A stretch of 63,781 nucleotides of DNA, the filler included, from Chiloscyllium plagiosum (Eukaryota): assembly GCF_004010195.1 (NCBI RefSeq). It is 6 parts of one record of this genome, joined end to end, with 100 filler letters (N's around TTAATTAATTAA, not from the genome) between each part and the next. Parts side by side here need not be neighbours in the genome. Positions count along the whole stretch, not along the records: positions 22,253 to 53,394 come from NC_057715.1; 5 more parts are not named here. One strand, 5' to 3'. Each line of letters starts with the position of its first letter. Position 1 is the stretch's first letter. Position numbers and translations under genes: made by a program. The notes under the pieces were generated by a model. It had not been told where the DNA came from. It was given only the letters and a program-made list of their open reading frames with translations, and made no database searches. Below, piece after piece: positions 38,418 to 50,599 of this stretch.

Positions 38418-39479
38418 AGCTACTTAGTGTAGATTGAGACTGTTCGCATAGAGATTTAAGACTATTTACTGAAGAGTCCTGTAAAAGATTGAATGAATAA
38501 AATTAAATACAAGTATAATAGTAGAGTCTGGTAAGTGTTCTTTTTCATTGATAAAGTGTTCAATAAAGTTATGTTGAATCCTCCCCTGACATTAGTTCCT
38601 TTTGTCTTTCTCACAGTGTAATGCACTTGAGTTAAAAAGGGTGTCTGTGAACTGGTAAAGGTTAGTCAGGGTACATTTACCCACATGTTCTCTTTAAAAT
38701 ATAGTCTAAACATAGAAATATGCTGGAAACTGTTCAATAGCTATCAAATCAAATGGCCTTTTTTGATTAATAATTCAGTCAGTGCTACTCAGGTTGGATC
38801 CCACCAGAACTACTCAAAAGAAAATCTTATTCCCAAATTTTGATTAAATACAGATACAATTCCATATCTCAGATGCAAGTGGCTGCCCTTCACAACAGGG
38901 TAACGTTCAACTGATTATGTGACAAAGTAAGAATGAAGTCAATATAGTCAGCAAAATAGTTTGCCAGTGACCTATGTCATACATAACTTAAAAGAAGATG
39001 GCTGTTGTTGGAGATAAATCAGTTCTAGTGCATTGTGTCAGCATTCTTCAGAATGGCATCTGTGCATAGCTATCATTAGATGCTTCATCACTGATCTTCC
39101 TCCTACTATAAGTTGAATTGCTTTGTTGTTTGCTGGTAATTGGAGTAGTCAACATTATTCATAATATCTCCAGGAATGAAGCAGTCTATACTCACAAGTA
39201 ACCTGGACATCATCTAGTGAAGCAAATAACATGTGTACCACATAGGTTGCAAGCAATATCCATCCCAAAAAGAAAAGCCTAACCATTAGCATTTGACAAC
39301 CTTCTAAAAGGGCACAAAGAGGAGGATAAAAATGGCAACTTGGAGCCCCAGCTCTGATTTTGCACTTGTTTTAAAAGCATCTCCAGACAGCAACTTCAAC
39401 TGGGAACAAAGCTGTACAGACTTTGAACAGATCTAGCAACTCAAGATTGGGTATCCATGAGGTGCTGTGGACCATCAAC

Positions 39480-41437
39480 AGCAATAGAATTGGACTCCAA
39501 CACAATGTGTAGCTTTATGGCCTGCGCAATCCCCCAGTCAACTATTACCATCAAGCTAAGGGATCAATTCTGGAAGGTATGCCAGGGGCAGCACTAGGCA
39601 TAGCTACCAACCAGGATTATTTTCATGCCAAACAGCATAAGAAGCAAATGATAGATAGCGCTAAATGATCCCACAGAAAACAGATCAGATCTAAGATCTA
39701 CAGTCCTGCTGCATCCAGTCGTGAATGGTGGTGAACAATTAAACAACTTACTGGAGGAGGAAGCTCCACAAATATTCCTATCTTCAATAATGTAGGTATC
39801 CAACAGAAAAATACAAAAGCTAAGTCTAAAACATTCGCAACAATCTTCAGCCAGAAATTTCAAGTGAATGATCCACCTTGGCCTCCGCCAATGGTTCCCA
39901 GCATTAGAGATACCAGTCTTCTGCTAGTTCGAATCATGCCATGTGATATTAAGAAACAGTTGGAGGTATTGGATGCAGCAAAGGTTATGGGCCCTGACAA
40001 CATTCCAGCAATAGTGCTGAGGTCTTGTGTTCCTGAAATTGCCACTACCCTAGTCAAAGTCTTCCAGTACAGCTACAATACTGGTATCGTGGAAAATTGC
40101 TGAGGTTTACAAAAACCAGAACAAATCCAACCCAGCCAATTACTAATCCATCATTCTAATCATCTGTAAATTCATAGAAGGTGTAATCACAGTACTGTCA
40201 AGCAGCACCTGTTCAGTGACACCTACTTTAGGTTCTGCCAGGCTACTCAGCTTCTGACCTCATTGAATTCTTGCTTCAAACATAGACAGAACAGCTGAAT
40301 TCTAAAAGTAAGGTGAGAGTGACAGCCCTTGGCATCAAGACTGCTTTCAGCCAAGTATGGCATCAAGGAACCCGAGCAATCAATAGCTTTAGAAAGCAAA
40401 CTCTGCTAGCTGGAGTCGAATCTGGCAGAAAGGAAGATGGTTCTGGTTGTAGGAGGTCAGTCATCTCAGCTCTAGGATATCTCTGGAGGAGTTCCTCAGA
40501 GTATTGTGCTAAGGCCAACTATCTTCTGTTGCTTCATCAACGACCTTCCCTCCATCAGAAGGTCAGAAGTGGAGATATTTGTGACACCTCTGATACAGAT
40601 GTAGCCCATTTTCAAATGTTATAAGATCTGGATAATATCCAGGCTTAGATGACAAGTGGCAAATAGCATTCACATCACACAAATGCCAGGCAATGACCAA
40701 CTCTAATAAGAGACAATCTAAACATCACGTTTTTGACATTCAAACGTGTTACCATCACTTAAATCCCCCACTATCAATATCCTTAGTTTCACCATTAACC
40801 AGAAACTCAAATAGACCTGATGCCTAAACAAGTTGCTACAAGAGCAGGTCAGAGGTTAGGAATACTCTGGGTAACTCACTATCTGAGTTCTCAAAGCCTG
40901 TACACCATCATCAAGGCACAATTCAGAGGTGTGATGGAATTCTCCGTACTTGCTGAGACAGCTGTAGCTCCAACAGAACTCATGAAGGTGAGACCATCCA
41001 GTACAAAGCAGCCCCTTGATTGGCACCACATCCAGAGCCTCTACTCCCTCCATCATGAACATTCAGTAGCAGCAGTACTGTATACAAGATGCACTGCAGA
41101 AATTCACCAAGGATCCTCAGACATCACCCTCTAAGCCTCAACCATTTCCATTTAGAAGGACAAAGCCAAGACATGCATGGGGACACAACTACCTGCAAAT
41201 TTTTCTCCAAGCTACTCACCATCCTGATTTGGAAGTAGACCATCATTCCTTCACTGTCGCTGGGTCAAAATCCTAGAATTTCCCTCCTTAAGGGCATTCT
41301 GAGTCAACTTATAGCATATGGACTGCAGCAGTTCAAGAAGGCAGCTCCCCAGTCACCTTCTCAAAGGCAACTAGGGATAGACAATAAATGTTCTTCAGCC
41401 AGCGATGCCCACATTTCATGAGTAAATTAGAAAAAAT
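39480..41437 (+). mobile_element. Decayed CR1/L2-group LINE, ORF2 through 3' end; a related older piece lies at about 38990-39300
   Basis: LDAAKVMGPDNIPAIVLRSCVPEIATTL; TAFSQVWHQG; 3' end agcgatgcccacatttcatgagtaaattagaaaaaa. Confidence 0.85.
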
Positions 41438-42337
41438 TAATTGCACAAATAATCTATGATTGATTAATATGTAGCAAGGTTTTCTTTTCAATAACCTGGG
41501 AAAGATTGCAGCTTTTTTTTAACAATAAGCTTAGAAAGCCTGTTGAAATTACTTTGGAAAAGTCAAGTCTTCTGTGACACATCAGGGTTCCACATCATAT
41601 TCTTAAACCAGCATCATACAGAAAGTATAGCAAAGAATGCAGGAAGTATAATTTCAAAATGTTGTCTGATTGATCTCCCTGAACAGTTTACGTTTGGAAC
41701 TTTCACTGTCAATATTAAGACAAAGAAATAAAATGACAATCTTAGAAATCGTAACCAAATAGTAAAGAAGTGCAGAATCATTAACTGCATCCTCATGGTA
41801 CACAATCAGAATGAGATAATGAGTCTATGTGGATACCAGGTCATCAAGCAGAATGCAGTGAAATCAATCTTCAGGACATTTTTAAGGGTAAGTAGTCACC
41901 TTCTTCAGACAATTTGTGATTGTTGGGAGTATTATTGATATTTACCTAGTTGGAAATTGTTAAAAATTTCTTATGCAGGAGAGAAAATAATCATAAGAAA
42001 CAATTGACTGTTAGATATATTTTCTGTAGGTCAACTTAGGTGGGATTTCTCCTGAGTAGCTAAATCAATTTACTGATTCAGAGTCACCACTGAAATGGTG
42101 TATGCATTTTTCATTTTCTTTGATGTGCTTTTTGAGAAACTCGACCCCTCACTAAAAACATGAGGCATAAGCATTCAGTGTAGAAAAGCAAAAGCCTAGC
42201 TTCAGCACTTTTCCACTCTACATCACACTTTTATGAGAAGAGAAGATTGTTTATCATGAAGATGCAACTTGGCAATTAGGCCTGCAATAGAAGAGTTGTG
42301 AAGATAAATGTTTAGCTAATCGAAACACATCAAGAGC

Positions 42338-42682
42338 AAAGAAAGAAAGATCCTCATCTATGTTACATAAGCACAGGATTTAGTGCGCTTTACAACTAAT
42401 GAAGTTTGACATGTTAACAATGGTATAATGTAAAAGGCACAGCAGCCAATTGTAGACAGCAATGTGTATGCCAATGACAATGTGATGATGATCAGATCAT
42501 CGATTTTATCTACATTGTGTCGAGAGATAGACATAGGCTATATCACTATTGAAGAATAGCTTCAAGAAGCCTTCAATCAGTGCTGCACTGGAATGATATC
42601 CTACATTTTGAGTTTTAGTCTCTGGAGTAAGGCTGTGAACTTAAGCTTTGATGTGGGCCAAGAATGCTACCTTTGAGTTAGC
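42338..42682 (-). mobile_element. Ancient DeuSINE-like element
   Basis: (CTTT)n tail, cagtgctgcactggaatg..agtctctggagt head region, gatcagatcatc core. Confidence 0.6.
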
Positions 42683-43872
42683 ACAGAAATTGTAATATAA
42701 TATCAACTGAATTCCAGTTGTTCAATATTTAATGAGAATCTGCGGCAGCTTGAAAAGATAAGGCAGTAATTGTACAAAAATAAATTGGGCAAGAGAGTGG
42801 AGATTCTAGAAATCGAAAATAAAAATGTAAAGTGCTGGAAAAATGCAGCCAGTCAGGGACATCTATAGAGCAAAGGAAGAGGTTCAGTTAACATTTTAGG
42901 TCTATGATATTCACAAGGGTACTTAATGTTTCAAAGCCATCCTATTTAAAACGCAAAGTTGTTTGTTGTAGGTTATTGGACTGACTACATGTACACTGGT
43001 AAAATTGTTGATAAAGCAAGCTTAAAGGAACACTATGGTAAAGCATATTCATTTAGCCAGATTTTAATTAGACACACTACAATAAAAGATTGTCAGAGTT
43101 TACAATATGTCTGTATGTGAGAGGAAATAACCAACTGAGAACAATCTTCTGCTACCTTGTTTGCAAGACATTTCCATAAATCTCTTGAAGAACCTTTTAT
43201 GTTATTACTTGGCCAACAGCCAATTTTTCCCTTCTCTATGCTGTTTTGATATACTGAATGACAGAGCCTTTGAAACTGACTTTATCTGACTTACTAAAGT
43301 GTTCCAGTAATTTCATGCTGTAGTAAAGATGTCACTGCAAAAGTAGTCCAGTTATAAAGAACCTGTCTCCTTCTGAGGCCAATGATTCAGATTTTAATAG
43401 ATTCTTTTTAGCCTATGCTAGTAAACCAACTCACATCCAGCAGGCCTGCATAAATTCTGAGCAACATCATGAACAATGCTTTCAAAAAATAATAAGGCAA
43501 TCTCTGCTGATGTCAGTGGTACTGTTTTTTGCCAGCTTCTGACTTTTGGAGGACAGATACATGCACACATGCACGCACACACACGATTCTGTCATTTAAC
43601 AGACTGTCCTTGGCCTCACTTGAAGATTGTACCGGGAAACTTATTTGAACTAATCATCATCCATGTCCTTGTAGAGCTGGAGGACTGTCTGTACATTGAA
43701 GGTGGCATCTATTATGTTGTGTGGTCCTACTACCATGCTAAAATGGAAAAATTTAAATTGGATTTGACAAATCAAAGCTGTGGGCATCGCTGGCATGCTA
43801 TGTGCTGCCAGAAGCAGCAGAAATGTATTCCACTTTAATGTGTAATCTCATAGCCAAAATATCTCTGACTCC

Positions 43873-44145
43873 GTGCAGGTTAGGTGGATTGGCCATGCTA
43901 AATTGCCTAGAATGTTCAGGTATGTGTAGGTTACATACTGATTCCTGAGGAAGGGTTCATGCTCGAAACATCGATTCTCCTGCTCCTTGGATGCTGCCTG
44001 ACCTGCTGCACTTTTCCAGCAACACATTTTCAGGGTAAATATAGCATAATAGGGTAGGGGAATGGGCCTGGTGAGTTACTCTTTGGAGGGCCAGTGTGGA
44101 CTTGTTGGGTCGAAGGGTCTGATTTTACACTGTAGGGATTCTATT
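43873..44145 (+). mobile_element. V-SINE 3' half carrying a hammerhead insertion
   Basis: ggattggccatgctaaattgcc body; gggattcta tail. Confidence 0.85.
43940..44032 (+). mobile_element. Family A hammerhead pLTR fragment inside the SINE
   Basis: attcCTGAGGA-a-gggt tcat gctc-GAAA-catcgattctcctgctcc; absent from the sister copy near 44670. Confidence 0.8.
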
Positions 44146-44454
44146 TGACATGCTGAGCCCACGAAGTTCTCTGTAAAAGGTATTTATCTAATGTCATCAA
44201 CAGCTTTCCATGAGGAGTGTAGGAGCCAATGTCATGAACCAACACTAGACATAGATAAAAATAGATTGAAACCTGATGGAGCTATAACACAGGGACACTT
44301 GCACATTAGATTGATGGAGACAAGTGAGTGTACAGACAATGGATCAGATCAAAGCTCTGCAGTCCCGCTACACCCAATTATGATAGACAATTAAACAATT
44401 GATTGTTGGAGATTCTGCTAAAATCTGCCAGAGTGGTTATAGCACAGAAGGAGA

Positions 44455-44800
44455 TGGGCAGCATGGTGGCTCAGTAGTTAGCACTACTGCCTCACAGCAC
44501 CAGGGACCCGGGTTCGATTCCAGCCTCGGGTGACTGTCTGTGTGGAGTTTGAACATTCTCCCCATGTCTGCAAAGGTTTCCTAGGGGTGCTCTGATTTCC
44601 TTCCAAAATCCAAAGATGAGAAGATTAGGTGGATTGGCCATGCTAAATTGCCTGTTCAGACATGTGTATGTTACATGCTTTTGGCAAGGATAAATATAGC
44701 ATAATAGGGTTAGGGGAATGGGTCTGGGTGAGTTACTCTTTGGAGGGTTGGTGTGGATTTGTTGGGTCAAAGGGCCTGTTTTCACACTGTAGGGATTCTA
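44455..44800 (+). mobile_element. V-SINE, full length
   Basis: ggtggctcagtagttagcac head, ggttcgattcc B box, V domain. Confidence 0.9.
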
Positions 44801-46988
44801 TTTGACATGCTGAGCCCATGAAGATCTCTGTAAAAGGTACTTAGCTAATCTCGTCCACCTGCCCTTTCCCCAAATAAATTCCTTCTCCTGAATTTTTTAC
44901 ACACTTCCAATGTTGAGGGAGTTCCATTGTAAAGAATCACATTCTCCCTCCATCATCCTTTCAAATGAGCATGGAGGCCAAGACATCGCAAGAGGAAGGT
45001 TGCCAGCAAGAGTTCCAGTGGGTAATGGAGTGCGAGCAGTGACTGGGCAGTGAGCAGAGAGGCATACCTAAAGATCTTCTGCTGACAGCAAGCATGAGAT
45101 TCCTGAGTGACTTCACAGCCAAGCTAGTGAGTGATTGGCTGTTTGAGGGTTGAGTATAACTCTTTAATAACCAAATAAACTGTTGAAATCACTATACTTG
45201 CTAGTTAACTGTTAGTATGTGTTAGTTAGAATTAGATTTAGTTTTTCTTTAAGAGAGCAATTTTTGGATTAATTAAAGGGATAGCAGGCCAACTTCTTCA
45301 CGCAGTATGCTCCAACTGTAATATGTGGGAGTTCTTGGATGCTCATTGTATCGCAAGCAACATGTGTGTAGGAGGTGCAGTCACCAACCTCAACTCGAGC
45401 ACCAGGTTATGGAGCTTAAGCGAGGTCTAGAGGCACTGAAGAGCAGTTGGGAGAACGAGAGTTACATGGATAGCACAACAGTGCTCATCCCACAATGTAA
45501 AACAGTGCAGGAGGATAGGGAATGGGTGATCATCTCGCACAACCATAAGGTGAGGCAGGTAGTGCAGGAGTTCCCTAAGGCGATCCCATAGTTAACCGGT
45601 ACTCTGTGCATAGTTCTGGTGACAGTGATGATGACTCAGAGAATTGAAGCCAAAGCAAGGAAAGGCTTTAGATTTCTAAATAATTGGGTCTATTTCTGGG
45701 GAAGGTGGACCTGTTCAAGAGGGATAGTCTTCACCCAAACAGTGATGGAATTGATACTTTGCAGGTGGTTTTGCTGGCACTGTTGGGTGGACATTAAACT
45801 AGTTTGGCCGGGGGCTGGAAATCTAAGGGGAGGCACTGAGTTAGCAAAAATGGGTGAAGGACTAAGGAAAAAGAGAATCAAAAAGTAAATAAAGGATGAG
45901 AAAGCATGCTGAGAAGTGTAGCACTAAGATGAGTGGAAACCAGGTAGCGACAGAAAAAGAAAATGAATTAAAAAAAAGTTCTTCTGATGGAGGTATTGAA
46001 TTCAAAAAGACGGTATGAACATTAGCAAAAGGTCACCTTTCCTGAATGCTCATAGCATTCAAAACAAGATAAATGATGTGTTGCCATAATTCATTGCAAA
46101 TGGGTATGATTTAATGGCTCTCACAGAGATATGGTTGCAGTGTCATGATTGCAGGTTAAACATCCAGAGGTATTTAACTATTCAGGACAGATGAGAAAGA
46201 AAGGGAGATGTTGTAGCTCTGATATTTAAGGATGACATCAGGGCAGTAGTGAGAGATGATATAGTTTCTGTAGAGAAAAAGGTTGAATCTATGTGGATGG
46301 AAATTAGAAATAGTCAGTGGAAAAAGATAGGCATAGTATATAGGACACCAAATCATAACATCACATGGGGCACACAATAAACAAAGAAATAACTGACACA
46401 TGTTAAAATGGTACAGCAGTTATCTTGGGGGATTTTATTCAACTTATCGATTGGTCAAACTGTGTTGGTCAAGGCAGACTTGAGGAGTTTATAGAGTGTA
46501 TCCATGATAGTTTCCTCGAACGGTGTATGTAATGCAACCTACAAGACAGCAAGCTATCCTAGATGTGGTCCTGTGTAATGAAACAGGAATAATTAATGAT
46601 CTCATTGTTGGGATTCCTCTTGGAAGGAGCGATCACAGTACGGTTGAATTTAAAATGCAGATGGAGGATAAGAAGGTAAAATCAAATATCAGTGTCTTGT
46701 GCCTAAACAATGGAGACTAGAGGAGTTGGATAAGGCAGACTGGGAGCAAAGACTATATGATGGGACAATTGAGGAACGGTGGAGGACTTTCATAGCAATT
46801 TTTCACAGTGCTCAGCAAAGTTTTATGCCAGTGTAAAAGAAGAATGGCAGGAAAAGGGATTACTAAGGAAATAAAGGAGGGTAACAAACTGAAAGTTAAT
46901 ACATACAAAGTGGCAACAATTAGTGGGACACTAGAGGATTGGAAAATCTTTAAAGGTCAACAGAAATCCCAGGGGGAAAAAAAAACTA

Positions 46989-48534
46989 CTATATATACTT
47001 GTGTATAGGTCGAATGTTGAAGACTTTTAAAGCTGAAATTAGAGGTTATTGTTTTAGATGGGCTGAAATCTATGCTGAGTTTTGAAATACCATATTATTA
47101 GCAGAAATTGATGTGATCGCTCAACTAATCCCAGGTAAAGAAGAATCCTAATTAGTTACTGAATCTTAATCTTCTACTATCCATCTTTCTGCTGGGTCTG
47201 AGTCAGGAACACAAACTTTCCTCAATTTGCTACATGCTCTGATACAGTACATGGAGTTCCAATCTCTCTGTGATGGTTGGGTATATTGGCGGCACGGTGG
47301 CACGGTGGTTAGCACTGCTGCCTCACAGCGCCAGAGACCCGGGTTCAATTCCCGCCTCAGGCGACTGACTGTGTGGAGTTTGCACATTCTCCCCGTGTCT
47401 GCGTGGGTTTCCTCCGGGTGCTCCGGTTTCCTCCCACAGTCTAAAGATGTGCAGGTCAGGTGAATTGGCCATGATAAATTGCCCGTAGTGTTAGGTGAAG
47501 GGGTAAATATAGGGGTATGGGTGGGTTGCGCTTCGGCGGGTCGGTGTGGACTTGTTGGGCCGAAGGGCCTGTTTCCACACTGTAAGTAATCTAATCTAAT
47601 CCTTGCCCTCAACTCTGATTGGCTTGCAGCCTGCCCATCAAACAGGTGGGCTTTCTGATTGTTGAGCAGGTGACTGGCACTGCCTCCCTGCCGTGTGCCT
47701 GCATGGAGGTTTACAGCCTAGCGCTGGATGGGATGGGGAGGAGGAGAAGAACAGAGGGGAAGGGTAGCCACAGGGAGAGTGGGGGTAAGGCCCTGTTACA
47801 TAGCAGCTCACTCAGCAAACCGTGCTTGAATTAAATAAATGAAATTTAAACTGCACACTCACTATTATTCTAAAGAGAGCACTAATTGTAAACTAACTTA
47901 AAATAATTACAATAACACTGATTAATACAAAATTTAATTTTAAAAGAGGAACAATGTATTCCATAAAAATCATCTGTATGAGTGGCTTTAATGTTATTCC
48001 TAATATTGTTTTGGAACTGAACAAAGCAGTATCCAAAATGTCAAAGAATTAAAGATGTACCAGTATGTAGTTAATATATCTCACTTTTATTCAGATATAG
48101 TGGCATAATTAAAATGATAAACGATATTAACTTTTGGATGTATAGTGAACAAAGTGCAATAAGTACCAGTAGACTTAGTACCGGTCTGAATGAATGAATG
48201 AATCGATCAAAACGTGCTATAGTAAACCAAGTGCAGTAAGTAGAGTTATGAATGAATGAAAAGAGATGCAACATACCAGTAGTAAACAAAAATCAATGAG
48301 TAGAGTTACTGGTATGAATGATTTCGTTTAAGTGGGTTAACGGGAACGTTGACTTATTTTCTTCATTAAGCAGATATAAGTTTATGGCTAAATGTAGTTT
48401 CCTTTGTAAGAGGTTTATAATGCAATATAGTAGGGTCAATTTATACATGAGATATATGAAAAATATAAGATATTTTGGCCAAAAATAAGGGGTTGACTTA
48501 TACACAAGATCGATCTATACACGAGTACAAATGT
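46989..48534. mobile_element. Non-autonomous Tc1/mariner (Tc2/pogo-like) DNA transposon
   Basis: 25-bp terminal inverted repeats ctatatatacttgtgtataggtcga (46989-47013) and tcgatctatacacgagtacaaatgt (48510-48534). TA lies on both sides, with subterminal repeats at 48433-48451 and 48491-48508. The CR1 sequence resumes after it. Confidence 0.8.
47288..47600 (+). mobile_element. Young HE1-type V-SINE inside the DNA transposon
   Basis: CpG-rich, near-consensus copy with (TAATC)n tail. Confidence 0.95.
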
Positions 48535-50167
48535 TATAAAGGAACACTAAATTATGGGAATAAATTAGATCAGCACATGAAAACAGACAGCAAAGGTTTC
48601 TACAGATTTATAAAACAAAAAAAGAGTGGCAAAGGTATACATTGGTCCTTTAGAGGATGTGAAGGGAATTTAATAATGGGAAATGAAGAAATGGTCGAGG
48701 TGTTGAACACGTTTTTTGTATCAGTCTTCACAGTGAAAGATACAAAAATAATGCCAATTATTGATGACAAGGAGGCTTTGGCACGTGAGGACTTGGAAAT
48801 AATGATTCTCACTAAAGAGGTAGTGTTGGGCAAGTAATGGAGCTTGAGGTGGACAAGTCTCCTCACCCTGATGGAATGCATCCAGGGTACTAAAGAGATG
48901 GCGGGGGAATTAGCAAATGTGCTTCTGGTAATTCATCAACATTTGCTGGTATCTGGGACAGTTCTGGCAGATTGGAAAACATCAAATTTTACACCTCTGT
49001 TTAAAAAAGGAAATAGGCAAAAAGTGGGTAACTGTAGGCCTGTTAGCTTAACTTCTGTAGTGGGGAAAATGCTTGAATCTATCATTAAGGAACAAAAAGT
49101 GAAACATCTAGATAGAAATTGTTCCATTGAGCAGATGCAGAATGGTTTTATGAAAGACAAGTCATTTTTAATAATTTACTGGAATTCTTTGAGCACATTA
49201 CAAGCATGGTGGACAACAGCGAACCAGTGAATGTGGTAGTTTTGGTTTTCAAAAAGACATTCGACAAGATGTCACACAAAAGGCTATTGCATAAGATAAA
49301 GGTGCATGGCATTACGGGCAATGTACGAGCATGAATAGAGGATTGGTTAATTAACATAAAGCAGAGTGTGGATTAATTGGTGTTTTACTGGTTGACAATC
49401 AGTGGCTATTGATGTGCCTCAGGGATCAGTGTTGTGACCTCGATTGTTTACAATTTATAAAGATGATTTAGAGTTGGTGACCAAGTGTACTGTGTCAAAG
49501 TTCGCAGATGACACTAAGATGAGTGATAGAGCTAAATGTACAGAGAACTCTGAAAGTCTGCAGAATGATATAGATAGGTTAAGTGAATAGGCACAGTTCT
49601 GGCAAATGTTGGTAAATGTGAGGTCATCCATTTCAGTACAAATAACAGCAAAATGGACTACTAATACATAATGATAAATTGCATCATGTTACTGTGCAGG
49701 GGGACCTGGGTATCCTTGTGCATGAATTACAAATAGTTGGTCTGCAGGTGTAGTAGATAATTAAGAAGGCAAATGGAAATTTGTGCTTCATTGTTAGAGG
49801 AATAGAGTTTAAAAACATGGACATTATGCTACAGCTGTATAAGGTGCTGGTGAGGTCATACCTGAAGTACTGTGTACAGTTTTGGTTTCCTGACTTGAAA
49901 AAGGATGTACTAGCACTGGAGAGGTTCACTAAATTGATTCCAGAGTTGAGAAGGTTGGCTTATAAGGTGAGATGGAGTAGACTGGGACTATACTCATTAA
50001 ATTTTAGAAGAATGAGCGGGAGACTTACAGAAACATGTCAAATTATGACAGGAATAGGTAAGATATAAACAGGGAGGTTAATTGCACTGGCAGGTGAAAT
50101 TAAAACTAGGGGGCACAGCCTCAAAATAAGGGGGAGCAGATTTAGAACTGAGTTGGGGGGAACTTCT

Positions 50168-50497
50168 TAGAATCTGTACAGTATGGAAACTGACCCTATG
50201 GCCCAACAAGTCAATACCGAGCCTTTGAAGAACAACCCACCCAGACGCATTCCCCTATTTACCCCGGACTAATGCACCTAATCACACATCACTGAACACT
50301 ATGGGCAATTTAGCTTGGCCAATTCACCTAACCTGCATATCTTTGGATCGTGGGAGGAAACCGGAGCACCCGGAAGAAACCCATGCAGACATAGGAGATT
50401 GTGCAAACTCCACACAGACAGACGCCTGAGGCTGGAATCGAACCCGGGTGCCTGGTGCTATGATTCAGCAGTGCTAACCACTGAGCCACCATACCAT
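50168..50497 (-). mobile_element. V-SINE inserted in the CR1 3' end
   Basis: Full head, V domain and tail on the minus strand; cttctt on both flanks. Confidence 0.9.
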
Positions 50498-50599
50498 CCC
50501 TTCTTCTCCCAATCGATTGTAAATCTCTGAAATTCCCTGCCCAATGAAGCAATTGAGGCTAACTTGTTGAAAATTTTTTAAGGCAAAGATAGAAATGGC

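Larger units (their letters stand above)
45000..50595 (+). mobile_element. Near full-length decayed CR1 LINE (ORF1 zinc finger/esterase, APE, RT), host of nested insertions
   Basis: VCSNCNMWE near 45305; GFRFLNNWVYFWGRW; LNAHSIQNK near 46040; GRSDHSTVEF; DWKTSNFTPLFKKG; LEYCVQFW-like C-terminus. Confidence 0.88.
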
